This document shows, piece after piece, positions 40,004 through 52,493 of a stretch of DNA of 64,000 nucleotides. Below the pieces are notes generated by a model. It ran no database searches. It was not told the origin of the DNA and saw nothing but the letters and a program-made list of their open reading frames with translations. The DNA is taken from positions 52,576,001 through 52,640,000 of the forward strand of contig NC_042997.1 in assembly GCF_006345805.1 (NCBI RefSeq), in the 5' to 3' direction. The DNA comes from Octopus sinensis. Its lineage: Eukaryota. Made by a program: the position numbers and the translations under genes. Numbering within the stretch: position 1 is the stretch's first letter; each line of letters opens with the position of its first letter.

Positions 40004-40366
40004 ATATTAATATTATTGCCAAACTAATATGGCAGTCCATAAATATAAGACTAAAGCTGTCACTGATTAGCTCCAAGAGGCCATCGCCTCTAGCTAGCTA
40101 TATGACACACGAACCTGCGTCCGTTACAACCTTCGAACAGGGTCTGACTACGCTGCATTGATAAAGGGCAACAACCCTGAAACATGTCTGCAGATGTCTG
40201 ACCAGCAAGGTGAAGCGGCTGACCTCCCCTGTTCGAAGGTTGTAATGGACGCAGGTTCGTGTGTCATATAGCTAGCTAGAGGCGATGGCCTCTTGGAGCT
40301 AATCAGCGACAGCTTTAGTCTTATATTTATGGACTGCCATATTAGTTTGGCGATAAATATTAATAT
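40004..40366. mobile_element. Foldback element: about 139-bp near-perfect inverted arms with an 84-bp loop
   Basis: Arms 40004-40142 and 40227-40366 differ by three transitions and one indel. (TA)n abuts the right arm, and another (TA)n lies about 55 bp to the left. Confidence 0.92.
40147..40198 (+). ncRNA. Type-I hammerhead-like motif, U3-A8 core variant
   Basis: GAC tacg CTGCA TTGATAA AGGG caacaa CCCT GAAAC AT GTC TGCAG at GTC: 5-bp stem I plus extension, 4-bp stem II, palindromic ACATGT at stem III, GUC cleavage triplet. Confidence 0.75.
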
Positions 40367-40374
40367 ATATATAT

Positions 40375-40437
<63 letters not shown>

Positions 40438-40822
40438 TGTATGTGAATATATGCACACATACACTCACGCATACATATAATTTCTTCGTCGCTAATATAA
40501 ATATATTGCTTGCAAGACGCATTCCTTTTCCTTTAATTTCGACGGAGAGAGGAAAGAGTGAGAAGAGAGAGAGGGGGGAAAGAGAGGAAAAGTGAGTGAG
40601 AAAGTGTGTGTGTGTGTGTCAGAGAGAGAGGGAGAGAGAGAGAGAGAAAGAGCGAGGAGTGGGGCAGGAGCCTTCTCACCTTTCACAAATTTTAGTTTAT
40701 ATTCCTGTCCAGTGTTAATGTCGCAATCCACATAGGAATGACAATTATCTTAAGGGATGTCCTTGCAGGATATCACTCAAGGATGGCTTGACACAACGGT
40801 TTCACTACTACTACTACTACTA

Positions 40823-40856
<34 letters not shown>

Positions 40857-41975
40857 CTCTACTACTACTACTACTACTACTACTACTATACTACTACTAC
40901 TACTACTACTACTGCTACTACTACAGCTACTGCTGCTGCTGCTGCTGTTGTTGTTAAGCAACATGACGGGTAAGGGTGATTAGGTGATGGGCGTAGGGGC
41001 GGGAGATAAACTTTGGTCGTCTTGTTGTAGTCGAGGGCTCTTCGTTGACGCCCGACACCACTGGGAGGTGTCCCTCGAAGTCGCTGGAAATGGAGATCTC
41101 TAGGTCCAAATTCTTGAACGGCTGCTACTGCTGCTGCTGCTGCTGATGTTGCTTTTGCCACTGCTGCTGCTGTTGCTGTTGTAATTCCTACAATAACTGC
41201 TCTCTGCCAATGTCCAGATCCGACATCATCACAAACAAGCAGTAATCACGAAACGCAACGTTGCAACAGTCATCTATAAACGTTGCTGTTACACGCACAG
41301 CAACCACTCTTATTGCTTACAAAATACACCCCTCACCTCAACCTCATAGACACTTATCGTCAACACTGCTACTACCACGATGATCATTAATATCCATCAC
41401 ATCCTGATAGAATCATCATGTTGATATTTGTGGTGGGTGGGTTGGGTGGCGGCAGTAGTGGTGATGATGGTGATGGAGTATTGAAGATGACGCTGTTGAT
41501 ATTTTCATCAATATTGCTGCTTCTATTTTATCTTAATCATCGCCCGCTTCTTCCCCAACTGCATCGTTGTTGCGAACTTTGGCCCAGGATCTTCATTTCT
41601 TTATCGTTTACACATGCCTTATCTATTTAAAGCAAGTTTTCTACAGCCTGCAATTGTCCAGATGTTGATTCGGAAGCCGCAGATTACGTCTGTGTTTGTG
41701 TGTGTGTGTGTGTTTATGTTTGTACGTGTGCGTGTGTGTGCGTTTGTGTATGTACGTGTGTGTGTGTGTGTTCGAGTGTGTATGTGTGTTCGAGTGTGTG
41801 TGTGGTGTGTGTGTGTGTGTGTTTGAGTGTGTGAATGTTCACGAGACTGCGTGCACATGCATTTATAATCATGCAATAGTGTGTAGAAATACACACATGA
41901 AAATATATACATATACATACGTGTGTGTGTGTGTGTTATATTTACAAATGTGTGTGCGTGTATGTGTGTGTATAT

Positions 41976-42046
<71 letters not shown>

Positions 42047-43136
42047 CACGCATAAACGATACATTTAAGGTGAAGAAACTGTTATGAGAACATTTCCTTT
42101 CACTCTAACACAACAACAAAGATTCCTTTATTTACGAATAACTATTTGTAATTAAGAAACTTTCAACTAAATGGTCTTGCGTTTCGAAATATCTCTAAAG
42201 ATTGTTGATTTCTTCAGCTTCAAGAGCTTTATCATTTGATAAAGACTTTAAAAAACGTAAACAAAAAATAAACAAACAAACAAACAAAACAAATGTATTT
42301 GATACAAACACGATGGCGTATATGTCTATGTGTCATACCTTTAGAAGTGAGTATGTATGTATGTAGAAGTGTGAGTGTGGGCACACATATGGGCACACAC
42401 ATACGTATGCATGCATGTATGTACATATGTATATATGTAAGTACGTATGTATATACACGAGTAAATATATATATATATACATGTCAAATATATATGTATG
42501 TATATCATATGCATATCTGTATTATATATAAGATATAATACAATATGTGTGTGTGTGTGTATCTATATGTATATACATGGACGTACAATCTTATCTATAT
42601 ATACACATATACACACGATTGTCACACTAATTTGTATTATGACAATACTTCTGTTGATTTAGTGCGTTTATTTCGTGATATCGTTATATCTACATTCAAG
42701 TTCCTTAACTTCCATGAAAGCGATGCGATAGTTTTTTGTAGAAATCTCTACAAAAAACTTTTTTGTAGAAATCTCTCTGAAATTAAATTTACTATGGATA
42801 TAAAACTTTTATTTATTTATTTGCATCCAATTTCATTACCTCCCTTCTACTAATATCCCATAATTCAATCTCCTTTAAGAAGACTTGAACGCAGGCATAA
42901 CACATGTCCCAGAAATAATTTCATTATATAGTAAATTCTTTTTACTCGAGAATAGCATACACTACGAAATGCTCGGGATAACAAATTTTGATAACCTATC
43001 AAGAAGTCACATACAGCATGTCGCTATACTGTAAGATGAGCTTTGCTAGGAAAGGCTTTGAACTTATACAAGCATCAGTTTCACCCATACACTACAATAT
43101 TTCTCATAGAGCTGCACCTAATAGTCATACATCACA

Positions 43137-43200
<64 letters not shown>

Positions 43201-43221
43201 GCTGCTGCTGCTGGCTGCTGT

Positions 43222-43310
<89 letters not shown>

Positions 43311-43314
43311 TACT

Positions 43315-43645
43315 GTACCGTTCAGCTACGATGCAAAGGGCCATGGAAAGTTCCATGCTAGGACGGTCATTGCGAGTGCATATCCGAAATAAGGTGATTC
43401 TAGAACGAAGCGGAATGAACGATGTGATCGCAGAATATCGAAAGCATAAGTTTCACTGGATAGGACACGTCGCAAAGTTCACAGACAAAAAACAGGTGGA
43501 CCCGTGCAATTGCCGAGTGGTATCCAAAAGATCAGAAAATGTCACTAGAAAGGAATCGATGACGGCAGGAAAATGACTTTGTTAAACAATTAGGGACACG
43601 ATGGAAAAGAATGATGCAATCAAGAAAGAAATGGAAACGTATTGT
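43315..43645 (+). mobile_element. RTE-clade LINE 3' fragment
   Basis: MQRAMESSMLG..IRNKVI..KFHWIGHVAK..RWTRAIAEWYPK..LGTRWKRMMQSRKKW, frameshifted. Confidence 0.85.
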
Positions 43646-43703
43646 GACCGACGATGCATAACAATATCTATTCGATATACATTATGTATGTATGTGTGTG
43701 TAC

Positions 43704-43739
<36 letters not shown>

Positions 43740-44009
43740 GATGGTGTGCTGAAAAGTTCCTGGCTGTGAGCAAGAGAAAATTCAGGAGGATCAGTTAACT
43801 ATGATTTTATTCCCCTCTGAGATTCATGCACTTATTGCAGCAGACCCTCAGTTTTTCTGAGACCTATAAAAGAACTCAGAAGGTTGGGCCGAGCCGGACA
43901 GAATTCTTATGCTGCATTTCTTCCGGTTTTACGTTCTGAGTTCAAATGTCGCCGAGATTCGCTTTGCCTTTCACCTTTTCGGGGGCGAGAAAATTAGTAC
44001 CAATTTAGA

Positions 44010-44172
44010 ACTGAGGTCGATGAAGGAGATCCAGGAATGCTTCCTTCAATGTAAACGACACTGGATAAAATGTGTGACTTCAGAGAGTGATTTCTTCGAA
44101 GGAGATTAATTGCCAAATTGATATATATTGTAGTTTTCTTTTTATAGCACCAGTTCCGATTCTTTTTGATCA
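44010..44172 (+). mobile_element. Mariner 3'-terminal fragment
   Basis: QECFLQCKRHWIKCVTSESDFFEGD* resembles the mariner transposase C-terminus. Followed by a TIR-like end CTTTTTGATCAGACTTCG. Confidence 0.55.
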
Positions 44173-45067
44173 GACTTCGCACGCGTGCGCACACACACAA
44201 CACACGCATACACAAGCGCGCACACGCAATCAAGCGGGTGAGTGATTTCTTTTTTTCTTTTTCATAGTTTCATGAACGACATTTACATATTCCGAGTTGT
44301 TGCAAATTACGACCGTAACTATACACACGTCCAATACACAGCCACATATATACATTATATTGAAGGCCATATGTTTCCATCTGCTATTCTCACGGCAGCC
44401 ATTTTACCATATCATATTACCACTATCTGATGTATTTATCTATGTCGGCGAAGTGACCATTTCACAATGAAACTAATACTCAGTTTTCCATCTCTGATAT
44501 GCTAGGTCAATACATCAACAAGGTGTGGTACTGTAACCTCAAACGCATTTTATCTACGCCAATTTGCGAGTGGTACCAGCCGACATTTTGTAGAATCTTA
44601 AGTAAGTAAATTTGAAAATAACTTCATGAACATAATTATTTCTTTTGAAGACTTCATCGATCGAAGACTATTATTATAGAGGTAACATTTGGTGTGAATA
44701 GGTCGAAAGAAATAACCAAGTAGTTAATTATATATATATGTAAAATATACATAAACAACTCGAAATAAAAGTTGTAGTGTTGCATGAGTAATTTTCTATG
44801 TCACCTTTTAAAACCTTTTTCTATTACTCGTTTCAGTCATTTGACGGCGACCATGCTGGAGCATCACCTTGAAAAGTTCAGTCGAACAAATCGACTCACT
44901 ATTATTTTTATGTCTGGTACTTGTCGAACAGTACGGGGATGTAAACAAACCAACACTGGTTGTTAAGCGATGGTGGTGGGGACAAATACAAACTCAAAGG
45001 CATACATTATATGTGGGTGTGTGTACATATGTATATGTATATATATATATATATATATACATTATAT

Positions 45068-45098
<31 letters not shown>

Positions 45099-45148
45099 TA
45101 TATTTGTGTGTGTGTGTGTATGCATGTATGTATGTATGTATGTATGTA

Positions 45149-45209
<61 letters not shown>

Positions 45210-45867
45210 TGACAAGCTTCCACACAATTTCCGTCTACCCAATTTACTCACAAAGCATTGGTAAGCCCAGGGCTATAGAAGAAGACACTTGCCCAAGGTG
45301 CCGTGTAAGGACTGAAACTAAAATCATGCAGTTGCAAAGCGAGCGTCTTAACTACTCAGCGAAGTGTGATATCAATGTCTTTCTCTTGGGTATGAGAGTT
45401 GAGAGAATTTTCTTCAACTAAAAAACAGAAACCTCATTGTGTACTCTGCTCAACGGTACTTGCCTTTATGGCGTATAACATCGACATACATACATATACA
45501 CACACATGTATGTATATATGTATGTATACATCTGCGTGTGTGTGTATATATATATATATATGCATGTGTATATATATATATACATGTGTATATATATACA
45601 TACACACACATACACACATATATTAGTATTAGTTTGTATGTATATCAACAGTCAACAGTGTTTATGGTTATCCCTTAACATACTCAAACTAGATGGCATG
45701 ACGTTAATAAAAAAATATTCACCCACATTATAAAATTTTGTTTATAGAGCGAAATATTTGAAAATTAAATATCATTGTTGAATAAATTGTTCTATAAATT
45801 CTTATAAAAGCAACCTCGCTTTTTTTGTAAACGAGTATAGAAACACCCTCAACACACATCTCCACAC

Positions 45868-45899
<32 letters not shown>

Positions 45900-47077
45900 C
45901 CGCACGCACGCACGCACACTCATACACACGCACATACATACACATACACATTATTTTCTTAAGGGTATAGTAATTCTGTAATCTGATCGATATCAGTATA
46001 TTATTTGTTTCAGAAGAATAGAAGTATAATTTGGCCTCGGCGGCTTTTGAACTTCGAAGTGTAAAGCTTCTAGTCTTAACGTACACATATTGAGTTTCAA
46101 AAAAAGGGTGGTCGGTTTTTTTTTTCCCCGTACAGAGTTCATCTTATTGAACAAAGTCAACCAATAATTATATATGTGCAAAAGAAGAACAAAAAGAAAA
46201 AAAGAAAAAGGAAAAGGAACAAAGAAAAGAAAAGAAAAGAAAAAAATGCTGTTTTTGTTTTCTATGTTTTCCCCAGCTTTGAAGTACATCATTCGATACA
46301 GATGAATAATAAAAACATAAAAAAAAAAAAAATAGCTTTGACTTCGTAAATATCTTGCTATCTTCCGTTACGCTTTTGAGATTTTTAGAACTTCAAAACA
46401 TGATTTATTCTGAAAAAAGAAAAAAAAAAAAAAAAAAAAAAAAAAAGAAACGAAAATAATAATAACAGTAAAAAATACGTAGGTTGTATAGAACAGAAAT
46501 ACGAAGTCATAACTTTGCTTTTCATAAAAAAAGAGACCTAAAAACAAACTAATAAAAACAACAATAACGTTAATTCTTTTCTTCTTCTCATACCTTTGAT
46601 TATCTATGTTCAATTTTAGAAAGCTTAACTGTATTATTTCAATAGAAAATAACAATCGGCTTTTTTGTTGCAAGGAATATGATTTTAACAATATCGAATT
46701 TTCAGTAGATCTAAATCTCACTTTCTTTTCTTTCTTCCAAATCTTTGTAATTTTCGTGTCCCCGATTTCTCCCATAAAAATAACCTTTCACCTAAATTTA
46801 AAATGAAAAATTCGCAACTGTGGCTTGTTTACTTTTATTGCCTTTTTATCCATTTTTATCGAAACCTTTGCTGTTACTACTACTGCTGCTACAGCTAGTG
46901 CTGCTGCTGCTACTACTACTACTACTACTACTACTACTCCTTTTAAGTTTTCAAAAGCTGTTTTCTGATTTTAGACCATGTAGTTGATTTCACGAAATGT
47001 CCAATAATATAGTAGATTTGTACGGATCACCTAAAGTGAGATTTTTGGAATTAGAGGAACACCTCCTCCGCCAAATA

Positions 47078-47192
<115 letters not shown>

Positions 47193-47270
47193 CAGTTGCT
47201 AGAATTTAATATCCTTTTATCATTTCCACAACCACTATTTGTAAACATTCAATTCATTTGGTCTGTATAC

Positions 47271-47301
<31 letters not shown>

Positions 47302-47334
47302 TATACATATGTGTGTATGTGTATGTGTGTGTGT

Positions 47335-47373
<39 letters not shown>

Positions 47374-48196
47374 GTGTGTGTTCCTATTTAATTCTGAACG
47401 AACGGAATGAAGCTCCCCTTTTTTTTTATTACATGCACATCTAATAGAATAAATTTCTGATGCATATCCCTGCAATGAATGGGCAGAACGGAGATGCGAA
47501 AACGGGTCGAGGACTCGTTGAATAGTTTATCATCTATTCAACAGTGTTCATCTTATGTAGAATAAAGAAAGGAATTTGTAAATTTTCGGTGGGATGGGAG
47601 AAAAGAACTGGTTCAATGAAAGATAGACAAATAGACATGTATGCATGTGTGTATTTATACTTTATGAAGCTAGGTTAAATATACTTGTTTATTAATAATT
47701 AACTTACAAGTGTGAGAAATCTTGGGATTTAGTTATATTTTGAAATTATAATTTCAGCATGATGGGATTGCTTCTTTAGGATGTAAAGTATATTTATGCT
47801 ATTATATCAATTATTATGGTAACTATTATTTTTTCATATATGTATTGTATGCACTGAAGATCTCTCCTATTCCTGAACGCTTTAGTTTGTCATTTCTCCT
47901 ACTCCTGTAGTTTGTTTTGCAAACTTGATTAATTATGGCTAAACATCCGTTAGAAAACGCTTAAGTAAAAATGTATTATTGTTTTTATATATCAGAACTT
48001 TTGAGATGTTTTATTGTGAAGATAATTAAATGAATAAGAGTGATCGTGACAGCAGGCTACATATCCCAAATGAAACACTTTAAGACGCTCCAAGTCATCA
48101 TAATGGAGCAATTCAGTTGCACACTGGTATACAATAATACAGATAACATAACTGACGTAACTGCATGCCAACTACTGTTAAATCATCAACAAGTTA

Positions 48197-48400
48197 TAAT
48201 ACACGCCCGCACGAAAAGACTTGCAAATGCTTGAGCATTTTCAGCAAGCCAAACTTCAGTAGATCCTCAACATCAAATGGCAGGACCGACGCATCAACAA
48301 GGAAGAACTCAATCGCTCAGAAATTCCAAACTTTGCAGCTGCCATTTCCGACTTGGCCTTCTGAGCCATGTTAGGTTAAACATCATAAAGGCACTGGATA
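48197..48400 (+). mobile_element. RTE/BovB-like LINE fragment
   Basis: YTPARKDLQMLEHFQQAKLQ*ILNIKWQDRRINKEEL resembles the RTE LERF.QR.LR.IL.I.WQD motif. Confidence 0.65.
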
Positions 48401-49973
48401 AACCAAACTCGAACACGAGTGGCACCGACGATTATTATTATAATGATTTAGAAACCTAACGGAAGACCCACTGAAGCAGCATTATACAGATTCATCATCC
48501 TTTTTAAGGTGTTCCCTAAAATCTGAGAAAAATCTATATTTGAAATTATCAAATTACACATTGCCCTCTCCAGCTAAAGCATCGATTCAAACTACGGCAC
48601 CCAACAAGTACACTACTTTGCTCAGAGCACATCTTTGATCTATACATTTCGATAAATTCATCCTTCAGTCATTTCAGTAACCCAATTCTTGTTCATGAAC
48701 TTGGGGGAAATTCATGTCTCTACGTCAGTTTACTGTCATTAAATGCATTGAAATCTCGTTTGACTAACCGGAGACAGATTCGAAACACCTCAAATAATAT
48801 ATGACTACTCATTAACGGCATATTTAACTAAACGTACACAACAGTCACATTTAGCTAACACAATATCAACTATGTATTGTAAAAAGTTGTGTTTAATCAC
48901 ATCAATTTGTTGAAAGTTAAAAGACAAAGACAACATACATACACGTAATTAAAGTTTTTAATCACGTTGATTAAAAAACAACAGCAGAAAAATAAGAACA
49001 ACTGCTTAAGTGGTCACGGTAAAATATATAATTTCGGAACAATTAAATAGTGTTTAATGCAAGCAATAAGATCAAAAATCACAATTCGAGATTTTTATTA
49101 CGACCGCCTAATATTTGGGTCACCTATAGACATGAACATTACCAGACTGGATTTTATTCGTGTCATTTACTTACTTTATAAAGGAATCTAGAGAATTAAA
49201 CTAAATTTAGAAGATTTTATTCTTACTGTAAGCTGTAATTTTGAATATGAGAAGAGAAAATGAAGCATAGAAGAAAATAATGCATCACTCATTGTTGATT
49301 CTGAAATTGTTTTTATTGCATGTAGACAGACTTTTCTTTCATGTGATAACTCCTCCCACGCTCATACATATGTATAAGCATCCGGAGAGAAAACAAAAAC
49401 TGAAAAAGTTACCCATAATTCTTGCATCTACATTTATTATGCAAGAGACTGTGCAATTTAATGTCATTATTAGAATATGAATGAATGTCTCGTTGGGAAT
49501 ACATAAAATGCAATTAATCTTGCTCTTTTGAATAAAAACTATTGCATTGAAGAACGCAGTTGTTTTTTTTGTTTTTTTTTCTGTCAGCAATTGCCCACTA
49601 GCTGAAGCTAGTAAAATAGTAAGATAATAAAAACTAATTCGCACATACTGCGTCAGTTTTAAAACACAAATGAATCCTTTCTTTAATGAGCAAAATAAAT
49701 ACATAAATAAAATAAAATAAATAAACAAAACTAGAAACGTACAGTGCTAACTAGAAACTTCTCTCGTTCAAGATATTAGTAAAAGCTGAAGTATGCAGCT
49801 CGGTGCTTGGCAAAAGTCATTCACCAAACCTTTACAAAATAGGATAAAAGAACTTCTAATACTCGAGATTGTAGAATATGAAGAATATCTCTACATGCTT
49901 ACATACACACATACACTGATTTTATATTATATATTAGTGTGTGTGTGTGTGTGTGTGTACGAATATATATATT

Positions 49974-50158
49974 GGCGATTTTTTTTCCTCTGTTTTCCCT
50001 TCTCTGGATCTTTCCTTTTCCTATGTTTCCAACGAAGAGCTCCGCTCGAAACGTTATACCCTCCTTCTTTCCTTCTTTCCTGAGCGTCCAATAATACTAT
50101 ATTTGGTCCACGCCCTCGCGTTGTTGTGTTTTTTTGTGCTTTCTTGTTGGATTAACTT
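49974..50158 (+). mobile_element. Penelope-type 3'-end fragment with hammerhead-like motif (50025-50059)
   Basis: Homologous to 7991-8186. Motif GTTT CCAACGA A GAGC tcc GCTC GAAAC GTT ATAC. Ends GGATTAACTT+(TA)n. Confidence 0.75.
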
Positions 50159-50172
50159 TATATATATATATA

Positions 50173-50231
<59 letters not shown>

Positions 50232-50289
50232 TATATTATATATATACATGGCCTTGCTTTTGCTTTTTGAGCCAATAAAAATTGAATGA

Positions 50290-50346
<57 letters not shown>

Positions 50347-51792
50347 GGTGTGTATGTATATATATAGAGAGAGAATCTATCTATCCATCTATCTATCTAA
50401 GAAGTTATAATTCAAACGAAAGAAGCGAAAGAAAAAAAATTAAGAAGAGAGACACGTGATACAAATGTGTGAAAGATGTTGATTATGAAGGATGACAAAC
50501 TGGGACTATAGTAAAACATTAACATTTGCTTGAATAACCAGTTTTATCATATCCCTCGTTAGATCGACAATAATCTAACGATGAAAATCAACAGCCATCA
50601 CTATCACGATAGCAATTCCAATAGCAACAAACATGTCTTCATAAAAAGAGATATATGTAGCTTAACATTTCACCTTACCATTGCATCTAAAGAGATGTCA
50701 ATAAATCAGAAAATATGAGCAAAGAGGGGGAAAAAAAGAACACATCTGTATATGTACTTGTGTATTTATATCTAGTGAATATGTTGAAGATATGTTCATA
50801 TGAATGTATGTGTGCATTTGTGTATTTTTTTTGTATTTTTTGGAAGATAGCTAGGGTTATGGGTATAGGCCTATTACAAATTATAAATACACGCGGCTGA
50901 ATCTACATGTCAAGTCAAAATGATTAAATGCGTACACCCACGACCTATCCCATGAGATTAATGAGTTACGAATATCTTTATACTATAAATACTAGCCTTG
51001 AGTTGCATCTGGTATAAATTCATCAGGGCGGACTGTTTGTCATAGTTCCAGACACAATCAAATCACATACCTTCTCACGTACATACATACACACGCACAC
51101 ACCTACATACATATATATATACATACATATACATGCACACGCGCAACCGTTTGTATGTTTGTCTGTGTGTGTAACTGACTGGTCAAGTACTAAAAAGTAT
51201 TCTTTTATTCCTTTTATCGGTTTCAGTAATTAGACTGCAGGCTATGTATGATAGGCTACCGCTTTTCAAAGCTTTTAGTCAATCACACCGAATCTAAAGA
51301 AAAAAGAATGTCTTTGCCAAAGAAAAAAAAAAAGGAAAAAAAAAGAAAAGAAAAAAGTTATTGCAAAAAAAGAAAAAGAAAGAATAAGTCTCTGGAAAAT
51401 TCCGATAAATGTCTGATTTAATGTTTTTTGTCTTTTTTTTTTTTGTTTTATAGCTTATATAAGATATTGAATAAAATGTTTCTTCACATATCTTTACTTG
51501 TTTCAGTCATTAGATAGCATCCATGCTGGGGCACCGCCTCGAAGGGTTTAGTCGAACAAATCGACATTACCACTTATTATTTTTTAAAAAGCTAATAATT
51601 ATTGTATCGGGTTTTTTTGCCGAACCGCTATATCAAACCTACATCGGTTATTAAGCGGCAGTGGAGAACAAACACAACACAAATACACACAAACACATAC
51701 TTAAACACGTTTACAAGCATACGTAAATGCATACATCCCCCCACACACACATTGCATGTAACGTATATTGCTGCTAGAATTGGAATTGTGAG

Positions 51793-51984
51793 GCGCTTGT
51801 TATTTTGTTAAAATTCTTCCAAATTTTGTAATGGACGAATGCGCTTGTCATTTTGTTAAAATTCTTCCAAATTTTGTAATGGACGAATGCGCTTGTTATT
51901 TTGTTAAAATTCTTCCAAATTTTGTAATGGACGAATGCGCTTGTCATTTTGTTAAAATTCTTCCAAATTTTGTAATGGACGAAT
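51793..51984. repeat. Minisatellite, 4 x 48 bp
   Basis: Unit GCGCTTGT(T/C)ATTTTGTTAAAATTCTTCCAAATTTTGTAATGGACGAAT starts at 51793, 51841, 51889 and 51937. Confidence 0.97.
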
Positions 51985-52459
51985 AAATTTTATATGTTGA
52001 TAAATTAATCTGTTAAAGTGTTGATATTCATTTCGGTGTTCTACACTAGCCAACTGTATACTGGATACTAATGAACTAAATGACCATGATCTACGGGATC
52101 CCAGTAAACTGTCATATATAGAGTCCAGAGTTGACTAACTATATTCAATCTATCTCTACATATCGCCTGGCTGATTGCAGTAGCTGTTTTCTCATCAAAA
52201 TGCGTCAGTTTGCCCTTGATGTGTGGGCCCTTTTAGGTGCTCGACCAATGTCTTGGCATTTCGCAAAAGAGTCTGAATAGTTATTTTCCCTGAGGACTCG
52301 CTGTATTTTCTCCGTAGTAAATGCGATTCTGATATTATATATATATATATATATTATTAATATATATATATAATTTTAATCCAAAGGGAAAAAAAAAAAC
52401 AACAACAATGGAACATACAGTATTATTATAATAGGCGCTCAGGAAATGGAAGCAGGAGG

Positions 52460-52493
52460 GTATGACGTTTCGAGCGGAGCTCTTGTCGGAAAA
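52460..52493 (-). ncRNA. Hammerhead-like motif at the 3' end of the Penelope-like element
   Basis: TTTT CCGACAA GAGC tcc GCTC GAAAC GTC ATAC, one base short relative to CCGACGAA. Confidence 0.55.

Noticed and set aside
51793-51984. CRISPR-like array
   Set aside because: Units are contiguous with no unique spacers, there are no cas genes and the context is eukaryotic.
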